Positions 42,978-52,827 of a DNA stretch of 64,000 nucleotides are shown piece by piece. Origin of the DNA: Aggregatilineales bacterium (GTDB taxonomy: Bacteria; Chloroflexota; Anaerolineae; Aggregatilineales; Ch27). The stretch spans positions 1,315 through 65,314 of the forward strand of contig JARKOQ010000149.1 of NCBI GenBank assembly GCA_029976005.1, written 5' to 3'. Below the pieces are notes generated by a model that had not been told where the DNA came from, did not search any database, and worked only from the letters and a program-made list of their open reading frames with translations. The first letter of the stretch is position 1; each line of letters begins with the position of its first letter. The translations under genes and the position numbers were made by a program.

Positions 42978-44345
42978 CTAACGCCCGCGTTGCCGCCGGA
43001 CAGGCTCGCCCAGGGCAACCTCCCCGGTCAATGCGTTCACCAGGCCCATCCGCATCCGGCCGCCTTCGCGCACGTCGTTCACCCACAGCGGCAGGAGGAT
43101 CAGCCGGTAGGCCAGGTCGCGGACTTCCCCCGGCTTGAACACCGGTTCGGCCACGGCTTCGCGCTGGCGCGCCACCGCCGCGGCGGCCTTGGCCAGGGCC
43201 TTGCGGCGCACGTCGTCCAGAATCAGGCTGCGCACGTCCCGCACCGATGCCTGCAAACTGTGGTTGGGCAGGAGTACGAACACCTCGCGCCCCTGAGCGC
43301 TGGTATAGGGTTTGGCCTCGTCCAACTCCAGGTTGGACGCCACGCGGAGCAAGCGCCCGTCGATCTGCGGCACGCCGTGCACCGGGACCGCCGGGTAGGT
43401 TTCTTTGAAGACCCCGTTCTTGCCCCGAAATTCGTACTCGACAACCCCGGTCCCCTGGAAAACCCAGACCGGCAGGTAGACTCGCCGCGGGCGGGTCATA
43501 TCCGTCCGGCCGCCAAACAGCCGCCGCACCCCACCCCGCGCCGCGTCTTCCAGGGCGATCGCCGCTTCGGCCTCGCTCAACTTGAACGGGAAACACCCGC
43601 CCGGCAGGCTGTAGGGCAGGTCGACCGGCTCGCTGATGGACTGCTGGCAGAGGGGGCACGGCGTCGATTCGACCGGGCGTCCGGCGGGATAGATCACGTA
43701 CGCTTCGCAGGTCAGGCAGCGGCGGGCCTGGCGGATTTCGGGCCAGGCTGTCTCCCCGTCGACCGCGCGCGCCCGATCCTGTTCGCCAAGCTGGCCGGTC
43801 ATGCCATACCCACAGAAGACGCAGACGGCCGCCGCGCTGCGCTCGTCAATGCGCAGCACCGCCCCGCAGCGGGGGCAGCGCTGGTGCGCCGCCGCGTCTT
43901 CCGCGTGCGCCGCCTCCGGCGGGGCCATCTCGCCCACCGAGGGCTGAGGCAGCGCCGTCTCTGGCTGCGGCGCGGCTACCGGCGGCGCAGCGGGAGCCTC
44001 AACCACCGGCGCGACAGTCTCCACCGGCGTCTCCGCTTCCGGCAGATCACCCGGTGATTCGGCTGCCGCCTCGTCCGGCCCGGAACGCGCGCCAAGCTGA
44101 TCCAGGGCCTGCCGCGCGCCGGCATGGCCGGGGTCGATGCGCAGCACCTCCTCCAGCAGAGAGCGCCGGTGAGCCGGATCGCTGGTGGTGCTGGTCAGCC
44201 ACAACAGCGCGTCGATATTGGTCGGATCGAGTTTCCGCGCGGCCAGCAAGATCTTGCGCGCCAGCTTGACGTCACGGTTCTTCAGCGCCACCGCGCCCTG
44301 CTCCACCAGCCGGGCCGCCTCACGCTTGTTGGCTTCGTCCGTCAT
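42978..44345 (-). CDS. TPR and double zinc-ribbon protein
   Basis: N-terminal TPR (LDPTNIDALLWL, VLRIDPGH); four CxxC pairs (CPRC, CVFC, CLTC, CPLC). Confidence 0.78.
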   Translation of the reverse strand: MTDEANKREAARLVEQGAVALKNRDVKLARKILLAARKLDPTNIDALLWLTSTTSDPAHRRSLLEEVLRIDPGHAGARQALDQLGARSGPDEAAAESPGDLPEAETPVETVAPVVEAPAAPPVAAPQPETALPQPSVGEMAPPEAAHAEDAAAHQRCPRCGAVLRIDERSAAAVCVFCGYGMTGQLGEQDRARAVDGETAWPEIRQARRCLTCEAYVIYPAGRPVESTPCPLCQQSISEPVDLPYSLPGGCFPFKLSEAEAAIALEDAARGGVRRLFGGRTDMTRPRRVYLPVWVFQGTGVVEYEFRGKNGVFKETYPAVPVHGVPQIDGRLLRVASNLELDEAKPYTSAQGREVFVLLPNHSLQASVRDVRSLILDDVRRKALAKAAAAVARQREAVAEPVFKPGEVRDLAYRLILLPLWVNDVREGGRMRMGLVNALTGEVALGEPVRRQRGR

Positions 44346-45045
44346 CCTGCGCCTCCATAAACAGAATATTCCTGACAACCGCCAGATCGGTCAGATCATC
44401 CAGAATCGCATACGGCTCCTCGGTTGCCAGCGCCTCGCGCGTTCCCATGCCATTCAGTACCGCCAGCGCCCGCCCGCCCACCGAGCGCGTGCAGATCACA
44501 TCATTCGGCGTATCCCCCACGATCACGATCCGCTCCGGCGGAAAGTCCTCGCGCCAGTGCGCCCTGGCCCGCCGCACCGCCAGGGGCGGCAGGTCGCTGC
44601 GGTTGGCCGACTCGTGGCCGAACGCCCCAATCGGAAAATCAGCCGGATCGAAGCCCGCCGCCCGCAGCTTGACCGGGACAGACGCGCCCACATTGCCCGT
44701 GACCAGCCCCAGCCGCGCCCGCGGCTCGTCCCGAAGCGCCTCGATCAACTCGCGCGCGCCGGGCAGCGGCCGGACCTTGTGCCTGCCGATGATCGCGGCC
44801 AGCTTGCGGGCCAGCATCTCGGCGAAATCGGGCATGGCCTGGGCCACGTCGGCCTGGGAGAATCCGCGCGGCAGCAGCAGATCCAGCAGGATTTGCCAGT
44901 CGGTCTTCCCGGCGAACGTGATGCCGTAGGACAGCCCTTCCAGGCCAAAAAGCTCCGCCAGGGCCAGCTCGAAAGCGACCCGGCCGGATCGATCGGCGGT
45001 CAGCAGCGTGCCATCGATATCGAAGAGAATCAGTGTCGAATTCAA
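44320..45045 (-). CDS. HAD-family hydrolase (phosphoglycolate phosphatase-like)
   Basis: LFDIDGTL, AGKTD, VTGN and VGDTPND motifs; start uncertain (TTG 45045 or ATG 45081). Confidence 0.88.
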   Translation of the reverse strand: MNSTLILFDIDGTLLTADRSGRVAFELALAELFGLEGLSYGITFAGKTDWQILLDLLLPRGFSQADVAQAMPDFAEMLARKLAAIIGRHKVRPLPGARELIEALRDEPRARLGLVTGNVGASVPVKLRAAGFDPADFPIGAFGHESANRSDLPPLAVRRARAHWREDFPPERIVIVGDTPNDVICTRSVGGRALAVLNGMGTREALATEEPYAILDDLTDLAVVRNILFMEAQDDGRSQQA

Positions 45046-45137
45046 CCGCGTGTCGCTCCCGGAAAAACAGTGATTGGCCATGGGTGATTGGTTGTTGGTA
45101 AAACCAAAAACCAATGCCCCGGATGACCTCGCCAGAT

Positions 45138-46223
45138 TCACAGCAGACGGCGCGGGCGTTCGCGCAGTTCGGCGATGATCCCCTGGTCGGCCTTGCCAAA
45201 CGCATAGCGATCCAGTTCGTCCAACGTCACCCAGGCGAAATCCGCCACGCCGATCCGGGCCGGCTCTCCGGCCGCGATCCAGCATTCGAAGGCGTGCAGC
45301 GTGATCCTGAAGTGCGTAAACGCATGCCGCACCTTGACCAGGAACGCCCCGACCTCGACCGTGACGCCCATCTCCTCGCGCAGTTCACGCACCAGGGCTT
45401 CCGGCAGGCTCTCGCCCGGCTCCCGCTTGCCGCCGGGAAACTCCCACAGGCCGCCCAGCAGCCCATCCGCCGGGCGCTGCGCGATCAAAATCCGGCCCTG
45501 CTGGCCGTCCCGCCCGTGGATGACGCCCGCCACGACGTCATAGTGCGGGATCGGCTTGCGCGGCGCTTTGACCGGCCGCCCCTCCTGCACGCCGAGCCGG
45601 TAGGCCGCGCAGTGTACCTGGATCGGGCAGACCCCACATTCCGGCTGGCGCGGCTTGCAGATCACCCGCCCCAGCTCCATCAAGCTCTCATTATACTGCC
45701 CCGCCGCGCCGGGCGGAATCAGCGACTCGGCCAGCGTCCAGAGTCGCTTGCGGGTCGCTTCCTGGCCCACATCCTCCGCGATATCGAAAACGCGGGCCAG
45801 CACGCGGATGACATTGCCATCCACGACCGGGACATCCTCCCCAAAGGCCAGGCTTGCGATGGCCCCGGCGGTATACCGGCCCACCCCCGGCAGCGTCTGG
45901 AGTTCCGCCGCACGGCCGGGAAAGCGGCCGCCATACTGCTCGACCACCACCCGCGCCGCCCGGTGCAGGTTGCGCGCCCGGCTGTAGTATCCCAGCCCTT
46001 CCCACAGCTTGAGCACCTCGTCCAGCGGCGCGGCCGCCAGCGCCTCCACCGTGGGAAAGCGCGCCAAAAAGCGCTCGTAGTAGCCGATCACCGTTGCCAC
46101 CTGGGTCTGCTGGAGCATGATCTCCGACAGCCAGACGGCGTAAGGCGTCCGGTCGCGCCGCCAGGGCAGATCGGCCGCGTGCTTTTCGAACCAGGCCAGT
46201 AGGTCGGCCACCAACGTCTGCAT
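45138..46223 (-). CDS. mutY: A/G-specific adenine DNA glycosylase
   Basis: WLSEIMLQQTQV, WEGLGYYSRARNL, LPGVGRYTAGA, VDGN, the C-x6-C-x2-C-x5-C FeS motif and a C-terminal Nudix-like domain. Confidence 0.97.
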   Translation of the reverse strand: MQTLVADLLAWFEKHAADLPWRRDRTPYAVWLSEIMLQQTQVATVIGYYERFLARFPTVEALAAAPLDEVLKLWEGLGYYSRARNLHRAARVVVEQYGGRFPGRAAELQTLPGVGRYTAGAIASLAFGEDVPVVDGNVIRVLARVFDIAEDVGQEATRKRLWTLAESLIPPGAAGQYNESLMELGRVICKPRQPECGVCPIQVHCAAYRLGVQEGRPVKAPRKPIPHYDVVAGVIHGRDGQQGRILIAQRPADGLLGGLWEFPGGKREPGESLPEALVRELREEMGVTVEVGAFLVKVRHAFTHFRITLHAFECWIAAGEPARIGVADFAWVTLDELDRYAFGKADQGIIAELRERPRRLL

Positions 46224-46470
46224 CGGGTCTCCTTCGCTTGCCCCCGCCTTGCCCAGGAGATTGTACGGCAGGCGGTCGCCCTCGGCAAAGACCGCCGCCC
46301 GGCGGCCACGCGACCCAAGTGGCCGCGCGTGCGTATAAGAACCAGATAAGACCGCCGGCAACGAGAGGTGACCGGGGCATCGATTTATGGTATCCTCCAC
46401 ACACGAGCGATGCTGATTGCGCAGTGGATGGCGCACACGCCATGTAGATTCGTTACCCATCGGAAAGAAC

Positions 46471-47205
46471 ATGGAACCCAAACGCACGACCTCCGAGATC
46501 GAACCCCCGCCGGAAAACGTCCGGGGCCGGATGATCGCCATCGGCGTCTATGTCGCTCTCTCGATCGGCCTGTACTTCGTCCTGGCTCCGGCCATGGCCG
46601 ATCAGGAGAAGCTGGCGAGCCACCTCGAAGCAGCCGGGGTCTGGGGCGTGGTGGCTTACATCGGGCTGTACGTCGCCCAGATGTTCATCCCGTGGCTGCC
46701 CGGCGCCCCCCTGGACATCATCGGCGGGGCCACCTTCGGCCTGTGGGAGACTGTCCTGCTGTCCAGCCTGTCGGCCTCCGGGAGCGGCATTCTGATCTAC
46801 CTGGCGGTTCGCCGCATGGGGCTGGAGAAGATCGTCTCCCGCTTTCCGGGTCTGCTGGAATCCCCCTGGCGGCTGGTGAAGGTCATCCGCCGCCAGCCCT
46901 GGGCGCTGATCGCGGTCAACATGCTGACCGGCGACGTGGCCTACTTCGTCGCCGGGGCAGCCCATACGCCGCCGGTCTTCACGGTCATCCTGCTGGGCGC
47001 CATGCGCGTGCCGAGCGTCCTGGTGGGCACCGCCCTGGGAGCCGGAATCATCTCCCGCGCCGTCCAGAACCAGCTTGACGTCTTCGTCACCATCGCCACG
47101 TTTGGCACCATCGCCAGCCTGCTGACCGGCTTCGCCATCGCCCGCAAGCACCTGCCGGGCTGGCTGGAACGCCTGGAAGCGCGGGCCGGCGGCGCCAATG
47201 ACTAG
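46471..47205 (+). CDS. VTT/TVP38/DedA family membrane protein
   Basis: [17 protein letters not shown] re-entrant-type motif; multiple TM segments. Confidence 0.8.
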   Translation: MEPKRTTSEIEPPPENVRGRMIAIGVYVALSIGLYFVLAPAMADQEKLASHLEAAGVWGVVAYIGLYVAQMFIPWLPGAPLDIIGGATFGLWETVLLSSLSASGSGILIYLAVRRMGLEKIVSRFPGLLESPWRLVKVIRRQPWALIAVNMLTGDVAYFVAGAAHTPPVFTVILLGAMRVPSVLVGTALGAGIISRAVQNQLDVFVTIATFGTIASLLTGFAIARKHLPGWLERLEARAGGAND

Positions 47206-47235
47206 TACCGGTACTTTTTTTGAGTGGAGTGCATT

Positions 47236-48192
47236 GTGAGCAACCTGATCGACCTGGACGACATCCAGACCACCGAACCCACCGCCTCGCCAGAGTCGGA
47301 CAAACCCAAGCGCCGCCCGCCGTGGATCAAGGTCCGCGCGCCTTCGGGCGACACCTACGAGATGGTGCGCAGCCTGATGCGGGCCAAGCACCTCAACACC
47401 GTCTGCGAAGAAGCCATGTGCCCCAACATGGGTGAATGCTGGGGCAGCGGCACGGCCACCTTCCTGATGCTGGGCGATACCTGCACCCGTTCCTGCGGAT
47501 TCTGCGACATCAAGACCGGCCGCCCCGGCCCGCTGGACTGGCAGGAGCCGAACCGGATCGCCGAGGCGGTACGCACCATGAACCTGCGCCACGTGGTGAT
47601 CACCAGCGTCAACCGCGACGAGCGCAAGGACGGCGGCGCGCCGATCTTCGCCATGGTGATCCGCCGCATCCGCCAGCTCCAGCCGGGATGCAGCATCGAA
47701 GTCCTGATCCCGGACTTCAAGGGCAACGAGGACGCCCTGCGGATCGTGATGGACGCCCAGCCGGAAATCCTGAACCACAACGTGGAGACGGTGCCGCGCC
47801 TGTTCCGCAAGGTGCAGCCCCAGGATCACTACGAATGGGCCATGACCACCCTGCGCAACGCCAAACAGATGGACCCGCTGGTGCTGACCAAGAGCGGGAT
47901 CATGGTCGGCCTGGGCGAGACCTTCGACGAAGTGGTCGAGGTCATGCGCGACCTGGCCGGGGTCGGCGTCGATATCCTGACACTCGGCCAGTACCTGCAG
48001 CCCAGCAAGAAGCACCTGCCGATCGACCGCTACTACGAGCCGGCGGAGTTCCAGGAGCTTAAGCGGATCGGTCTGGAAGAGCTTGGCTTCAAATGGGTGG
48101 AAAGCGCGCCTCTGGTGCGCTCCTCCTACCGGGCGGCCGAGCAGGTGCGCGAGCTGAGCAAGCTCGATTTCATCCACGTGCGGGAAGCCTGA
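47236..48192 (+). CDS. lipA: Lipoyl synthase
   Basis: [15 protein letters not shown], radical [18 protein letters not shown] and VRSSY motifs; GTG start after GGAG. Confidence 0.98.
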   Translation: MSNLIDLDDIQTTEPTASPESDKPKRRPPWIKVRAPSGDTYEMVRSLMRAKHLNTVCEEAMCPNMGECWGSGTATFLMLGDTCTRSCGFCDIKTGRPGPLDWQEPNRIAEAVRTMNLRHVVITSVNRDERKDGGAPIFAMVIRRIRQLQPGCSIEVLIPDFKGNEDALRIVMDAQPEILNHNVETVPRLFRKVQPQDHYEWAMTTLRNAKQMDPLVLTKSGIMVGLGETFDEVVEVMRDLAGVGVDILTLGQYLQPSKKHLPIDRYYEPAEFQELKRIGLEELGFKWVESAPLVRSSYRAAEQVRELSKLDFIHVREA

Positions 48193-48411
48193 GTGACCGG
48201 GCGCGGCCCGGTTCGACCCGGCCCCGCCGCCCACGCGCATGCCACCGCCCGACTATCGCCTCGATCCAGCCTGTGGTAAACTGAGGCTGGTACTGGGCAC
48301 GTTACGGCCGCACTCCGGGGCAGGAGACCGGATGCCTACCTCGCTCCTTTTCCCGGCGGAATTCCGTCTAGACGCAAGCCGAATGACCGGATCAAGAGTG
48401 GCACAGGTAAG

Positions 48412-51400
48412 ATGACTGACAGCAGCGGATGGAACAAACGTTCATACCTAAACGATGACGATCGCGACCCCTACGACGCTTCTGGCCGCAAGGGCGGCAG
48501 CAGCCCGTTCTATCAGGGCAATGACGACATCGATGACGAGGTCGACGACGAAGACTCCGAAAAAGGCGCGTCGTCCAAGGATCGCTCCAGCGGTTACGGC
48601 GGCTCAAGTTCCTACGGCGGCAGCCGATATGGAAGCGGCGGCAGCTACGGAAGCAGCAGTGGCGGCGGCAGCGGCTCCTACGGCGGCAGCGGCAGCTCCT
48701 ACGGAAGCAGCTCCCGGTATGGCAGCTCGTCGTCCGACTCGGATCGCGCCAGCACGAGCGCCAAGAGCAGCGGCGACAAATCCGCGTCCAAGGGCGGCGT
48801 CGGCGCGCTCCTGGGCCGCTTCGGGCGGACTTCCTCCGCCGACAAAAAGCAGGACCGCCCGGCCAAACCCCGCGCCAGCTCCGGCGGCGGGATCGGCGGC
48901 AAGCTCAGCGGCGGCCTGAAGAACCTGCGCAGCAAGCTCCCCGGCGTGGGGAAGAAGTCCGCATCAGCCGGTAGCAGCGGCAGCGCGTCATCCTCAGGAT
49001 ACAGCAGCAGCGCGTCCTCCAGCCGGGCAAGCTCGGTGCGGGCGGTGGATCGCGGCGCGTCGGGCGGCGACGGCCGGTCCGGCGGCGCGCGCAAAGCGAG
49101 CAGCGACGCGAGCAAGAATCCGCTCGCCCGGCTGTTCCGGCGCGGCGGCGAAAGTAAGCCCAGTCAACCGCCAAGTCATCGCGGCGGCAAACGGGCGGAA
49201 TCGCTCCCCCGCGCGGCGCGCACCCCGCGCATCAAAAACGAAGGGCTGTCGCTCGACCTCAAGCTGGACATTCTGGGCTGGGGCCTGATCATCCTCTCGG
49301 CCATCATCTTCTTTGGCGCGGTCAGCAGCAACCCCGGCGATCTCAGCGGCGTGCTGCTGCGGATCATCTACCAGCTTGTCGGGATTGGCTGGCTGGCCGT
49401 GCCCGTCGCCCTGGGAGGCAGCGGAATCTGGCTGATCTGGCGGCGCTTTGGCGAAAGCGCCCCCGAAGCCGATGCCGTCAAGCTCGCCGGTTGGGTGGTG
49501 GTGTACCTGGGCCTCCTGGCGAGCTTCCAGTTCGTGCACCTGCTGACGACGCCTGTCTTCAGCATCGAACAACTGCGCACCCTGTCGGAAGCGGCGGCCC
49601 AGGTCGGGCAGGCCGGCGGCTGGATCGGCAGCACGATCTACCTGTTCCTGATGCAGAACATCGGCGACATCGGCACCTTTTTCGCGCTGTTGGGCTGGCT
49701 TGGCGCGGGCCTGATCATGGCGACCGACCTGTCCATCGTGGGCATCGTCAACGCCGTGCGCCAGGTCGCCAACCGGACGCGCCAGCGCTACCAGTTCGCG
49801 CGCAACCAGAAAGCGCCCGCCGCCGCCCTCGGCGCAGCCAGGGCTTCGTCGGCGGAACAGCTCTCCGCCGGAGCAGTCCCGGCCCTGGGCGAGACCAACA
49901 GCGCACGCCAGGCCCTCCCCGCCTCGGACGCGATCCCCTACGCGGAAAGCGACCTGCGCGAGCAGCCGGTCATCCGCCGCCAGCGGGGACGCGAGACGGT
50001 CAGCGTGGACGTCGAAGCCGCCGCGCCGGCGGCGCGTCTGGAAGTCTCCGGCACGCGCTATACCCCCGTGCAGCCGGCCCTCTCGCCCGCCGTCCATGAG
50101 GAACCGGAGGAAGAATCCGGCTACGTGGCCGCGAGTGACTACGCCGAAAAGCAGCTTGCCCTCAAGCGGGGCATGGACGTGCTGCGCGTGCGACGGCCTG
50201 CCTACAGCCAGCCGGAAGAGCCCGATCTGGACGAGGAAACCTACGCCGAGGAGGAGGAAGACGCCGAGGAAGCGGATGGCCTGATCATCGACAGCCGCGC
50301 CTATACGACCTCCGCGCCATCCGTGCCCGCGACTCCGGCCCGCCAGCCCCTCGCCGTGTCTCCCTTCGAGGACGAGGAGGAAGACGAGGAAGACGGCGCG
50401 GAAATTCCCAAAGCTCCGCCGGAACCGCCGGCCAGGCCGGCCTACTCACAGCAACGGGAAAGCCCGTTCGCCGCGCCGCCCCCCCGCCCGTCGCGTTATA
50501 ATTCGATTACGGCCCGCCCGGCCTTCGATACTGGCTCCCTGGACGATGACGACGAGGTGGAAGACGAGCAGGACGATCTGGCGCGCCCGGCCCAGCCGCG
50601 CGATCCCGCGCGCTTGCGCCAGTTCCGTCCATTGCGTCCGGCCGGAAGCGGGCTATCCCCGGCCGAAGCCGCCGCCCTCAGCGGCGACTATGCCGACGCG
50701 GAAGACGAGTCCGACGAAGAAGATGACGCGGACTACGACGAGCCGGTGTACGAAACGCTGGATGATGCGGACAGCGCGGAGGACGAGCTGCCCGCGATCG
50801 AGATCGCCGGGGATGAGGAAGACGACGAAGACGAAGAAGACGCCCTGACCCTTTCCGCCCCGGCCAGGCCCAGCGCCAGCCCGATCGCGCCGGTCAGGAC
50901 TACGCCGCCGCCCGTGACCCGCCCGGCTCCCTCAGCCTCGGACCCTGCCGCGCCGCCTTTCCGCGTGGCGGAGCCGGCGCAGCCCACGTCCAAACTTCCC
51001 GCCCGGCCAGCTACGCCGGAACCCGCGCCCGCCAGGGCGGCGGCCGATTCGGTCGACTCCGAGCTGGACGAGCAGATGTCCATCCCGGAGCCGGCCCAGA
51101 CCCCGGCCTGGGGCAAGCCCGACTTCATGCGCATCCTCGATCCCTCGGCCGAGCAGAACATCAACGACGACCTGCTCCTGGAGCGCGCGCGGATCATCGA
51201 GGACACGCTGTCCAGTTTCGGCGCGCCCGGCAAAGTCGTCGAGGTCAATCCCGGCCCGGCCATCACCCAGTTCGGCGTGGAGCCGGACTACGTGGAAGGG
51301 CGCGGCGGCAAACGCACCCGCGTCAAGGTGCAGGCCATCGCCCGCCTGGCCGACGACCTGGCCCTGTCCCTGGCCGCGCGCTCGATCCGCATTGAAGCGC

Positions 51401-52752
51401 CGGTACCCGGCAAGGGCTTCGTCGGCATCGAAGTGCCCAACTCAGAGACTGCCCTGGTCGGCCTGCGCGACATCATGGAAAGCCCGGAATACGCCCGGAT
51501 CGACTCCAAGCTCCGCATCGGCATGGGGCAGAGCGTCGACGGCACGCCGGTCGTGGCCGACCTGACCGCCATGCCGCACCTGCTGATCGCCGGCACGACT
51601 GGCTCCGGCAAGTCGGTCTGCGTGAACGCGATCATCGCCTGCCTGCTCCTGGAGAACACGCCGGAAGACCTGCGCCTGATCATGGTCGACCCCAAGCGCG
51701 TCGAACTGACCGGTTACAACGGCATCCCGCATCTGGTCGCCCCGGTCGTGGTCGACCTGGAGCGAATCGTCGGCGTGCTCAAATGGGTCACGCGCGAGAT
51801 GGATGACCGCTACCGCAAGTTCAACGAGCGCGGCGCGCGCAACATCACGATCTACAATACCATGCTCCTGCCGCACGAGAAGCCGCTGCCCTACCTGGTG
51901 GTCATTATCGACGAATTGGCCGACCTGATGATGCTCGCCCCGGACGAGACGGAGCGCGTGCTGACTCGCCTGGCCCAGATGGCCCGCGCGACCGGCATCC
52001 ACCTGATCATCAGCACCCAGCGGCCCTCGGTGGACGTGGTCACCGGCCTGATCAAGGCCAACTTCCCGGCCCGCGTGGCGTTCGCCGTGGCTTCATCGGT
52101 CGACAGCCGCGTCATCCTCGACCAGCCCGGCGCGGAGCGCCTGCTCGGCCGGGGCGACATGCTGTTCCAGGCCCCGGACGCGGCCGCTCCGGCCCGTCTG
52201 CAAGGCGTCTTCGTCTCCGACAGGGAACTGAACCGGCTGGTGAACCACTGGAAAGGCCTGCGCACCCTGGAAGAGGCCCCGCGCTCCACCCTCCAGGTCG
52301 ACTCGCTTTCTCCGGCGCTCGGCCCCACCCCCGTCCGCAGTATTCCCACCGTGCAGAGCCGGACGGAGAAGTACCCTGCCCCGCCGGCCGCATCCACGTC
52401 CAGCCGGACGAGCAGCACCAGCTTCTGGGACGAGCCGGGCGACTCCCGGCTGGAGCGCAAACCCAAAACGGCCGATGACGACGTGGACGACCTGTACGAC
52501 CAGTCGGTGGAGGTCGTCCGGCGGCTCAAGAAAGCCTCCGTGTCGCTGCTCCAGCGCCAGCTTCGCATCGGCTACACCCGCGCCGCGCGGCTGATCGACG
52601 TCATGGAGGAGCGCGGGGTGGTCGGCCCGGCTCAGAGCGGCAGCAAGCCACGCAAGGTCATCGGCTACTCGGACGATGACCTTGACTTCGCCGACGAGGA
52701 CGATGACGACATCCTCGACGACGAAGACAATCTCGACGACGAGGACATGTAA
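48412..52752 (+). CDS. ftsK: DNA translocase FtsK/SpoIIIE with long low-complexity extensions
   Basis: 4-TM domain, IRIEAPVPGK, PHLLIAGTTGSGKSV, IIDELADLM, TQRPSVDV and the gamma-domain motif SLLQRQLRIGYTRAARL. Confidence 0.96.
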   Translation: MTDSSGWNKRSYLNDDDRDPYDASGRKGGSSPFYQGNDDIDDEVDDEDSEKGASSKDRSSGYGGSSSYGGSRYGSGGSYGSSSGGGSGSYGGSGSSYGSSSRYGSSSSDSDRASTSAKSSGDKSASKGGVGALLGRFGRTSSADKKQDRPAKPRASSGGGIGGKLSGGLKNLRSKLPGVGKKSASAGSSGSASSSGYSSSASSSRASSVRAVDRGASGGDGRSGGARKASSDASKNPLARLFRRGGESKPSQPPSHRGGKRAESLPRAARTPRIKNEGLSLDLKLDILGWGLIILSAIIFFGAVSSNPGDLSGVLLRIIYQLVGIGWLAVPVALGGSGIWLIWRRFGESAPEADAVKLAGWVVVYLGLLASFQFVHLLTTPVFSIEQLRTLSEAAAQVGQAGGWIGSTIYLFLMQNIGDIGTFFALLGWLGAGLIMATDLSIVGIVNAVRQVANRTRQRYQFARNQKAPAAALGAARASSAEQLSAGAVPALGETNSARQALPASDAIPYAESDLREQPVIRRQRGRETVSVDVEAAAPAARLEVSGTRYTPVQPALSPAVHEEPEEESGYVAASDYAEKQLALKRGMDVLRVRRPAYSQPEEPDLDEETYAEEEEDAEEADGLIIDSRAYTTSAPSVPATPARQPLAVSPFEDEEEDEEDGAEIPKAPPEPPARPAYSQQRESPFAAPPPRPSRYNSITARPAFDTGSLDDDDEVEDEQDDLARPAQPRDPARLRQFRPLRPAGSGLSPAEAAALSGDYADAEDESDEEDDADYDEPVYETLDDADSAEDELPAIEIAGDEEDDEDEEDALTLSAPARPSASPIAPVRTTPPPVTRPAPSASDPAAPPFRVAEPAQPTSKLPARPATPEPAPARAAADSVDSELDEQMSIPEPAQTPAWGKPDFMRILDPSAEQNINDDLLLERARIIEDTLSSFGAPGKVVEVNPGPAITQFGVEPDYVEGRGGKRTRVKVQAIARLADDLALSLAARSIRIEAPVPGKGFVGIEVPNSETALVGLRDIMESPEYARIDSKLRIGMGQSVDGTPVVADLTAMPHLLIAGTTGSGKSVCVNAIIACLLLENTPEDLRLIMVDPKRVELTGYNGIPHLVAPVVVDLERIVGVLKWVTREMDDRYRKFNERGARNITIYNTMLLPHEKPLPYLVVIIDELADLMMLAPDETERVLTRLAQMARATGIHLIISTQRPSVDVVTGLIKANFPARVAFAVASSVDSRVILDQPGAERLLGRGDMLFQAPDAAAPARLQGVFVSDRELNRLVNHWKGLRTLEEAPRSTLQVDSLSPALGPTPVRSIPTVQSRTEKYPAPPAASTSSRTSSTSFWDEPGDSRLERKPKTADDDVDDLYDQSVEVVRRLKKASVSLLQRQLRIGYTRAARLIDVMEERGVVGPAQSGSKPRKVIGYSDDDLDFADEDDDDILDDEDNLDDEDM

Positions 52753-52764
52753 CGCCGGATCAAC

Positions 52765-52805
52765 AAAAAAACGCCCGCGGCCGTGAACCAGCGACCGCGG
52801 GCGTT
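52765..52805. terminator. Terminator between convergent ftsK and a secreted-protein gene
   Basis: AACGCCCGCGG/CCGCGGGCGTT stem with an A-tract on its left. Confidence 0.7.
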
Positions 52806-52827
52806 ATGATTCCCGGTTGAGGTGGGC

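Noticed and set aside
46230..46470. Two GC-rich hairpins in the mutY-VTT divergent gap as a riboswitch
   Set aside because: Short stems are expected at this GC content and no known aptamer consensus is present.
48193..48411. Possible ncRNA between lipA and ftsK
   Set aside because: Explained by a promoter (TGgTAAACT near 48275) plus 5' UTR; no recognisable RNA family motif.
48580..48740. GGCAGC/TACGGC repeats as a CRISPR or DNA tandem array
   Set aside because: They are in-frame codon repeats for Gly/Ser/Tyr inside ftsK, with no repeat-spacer structure and no cas genes.
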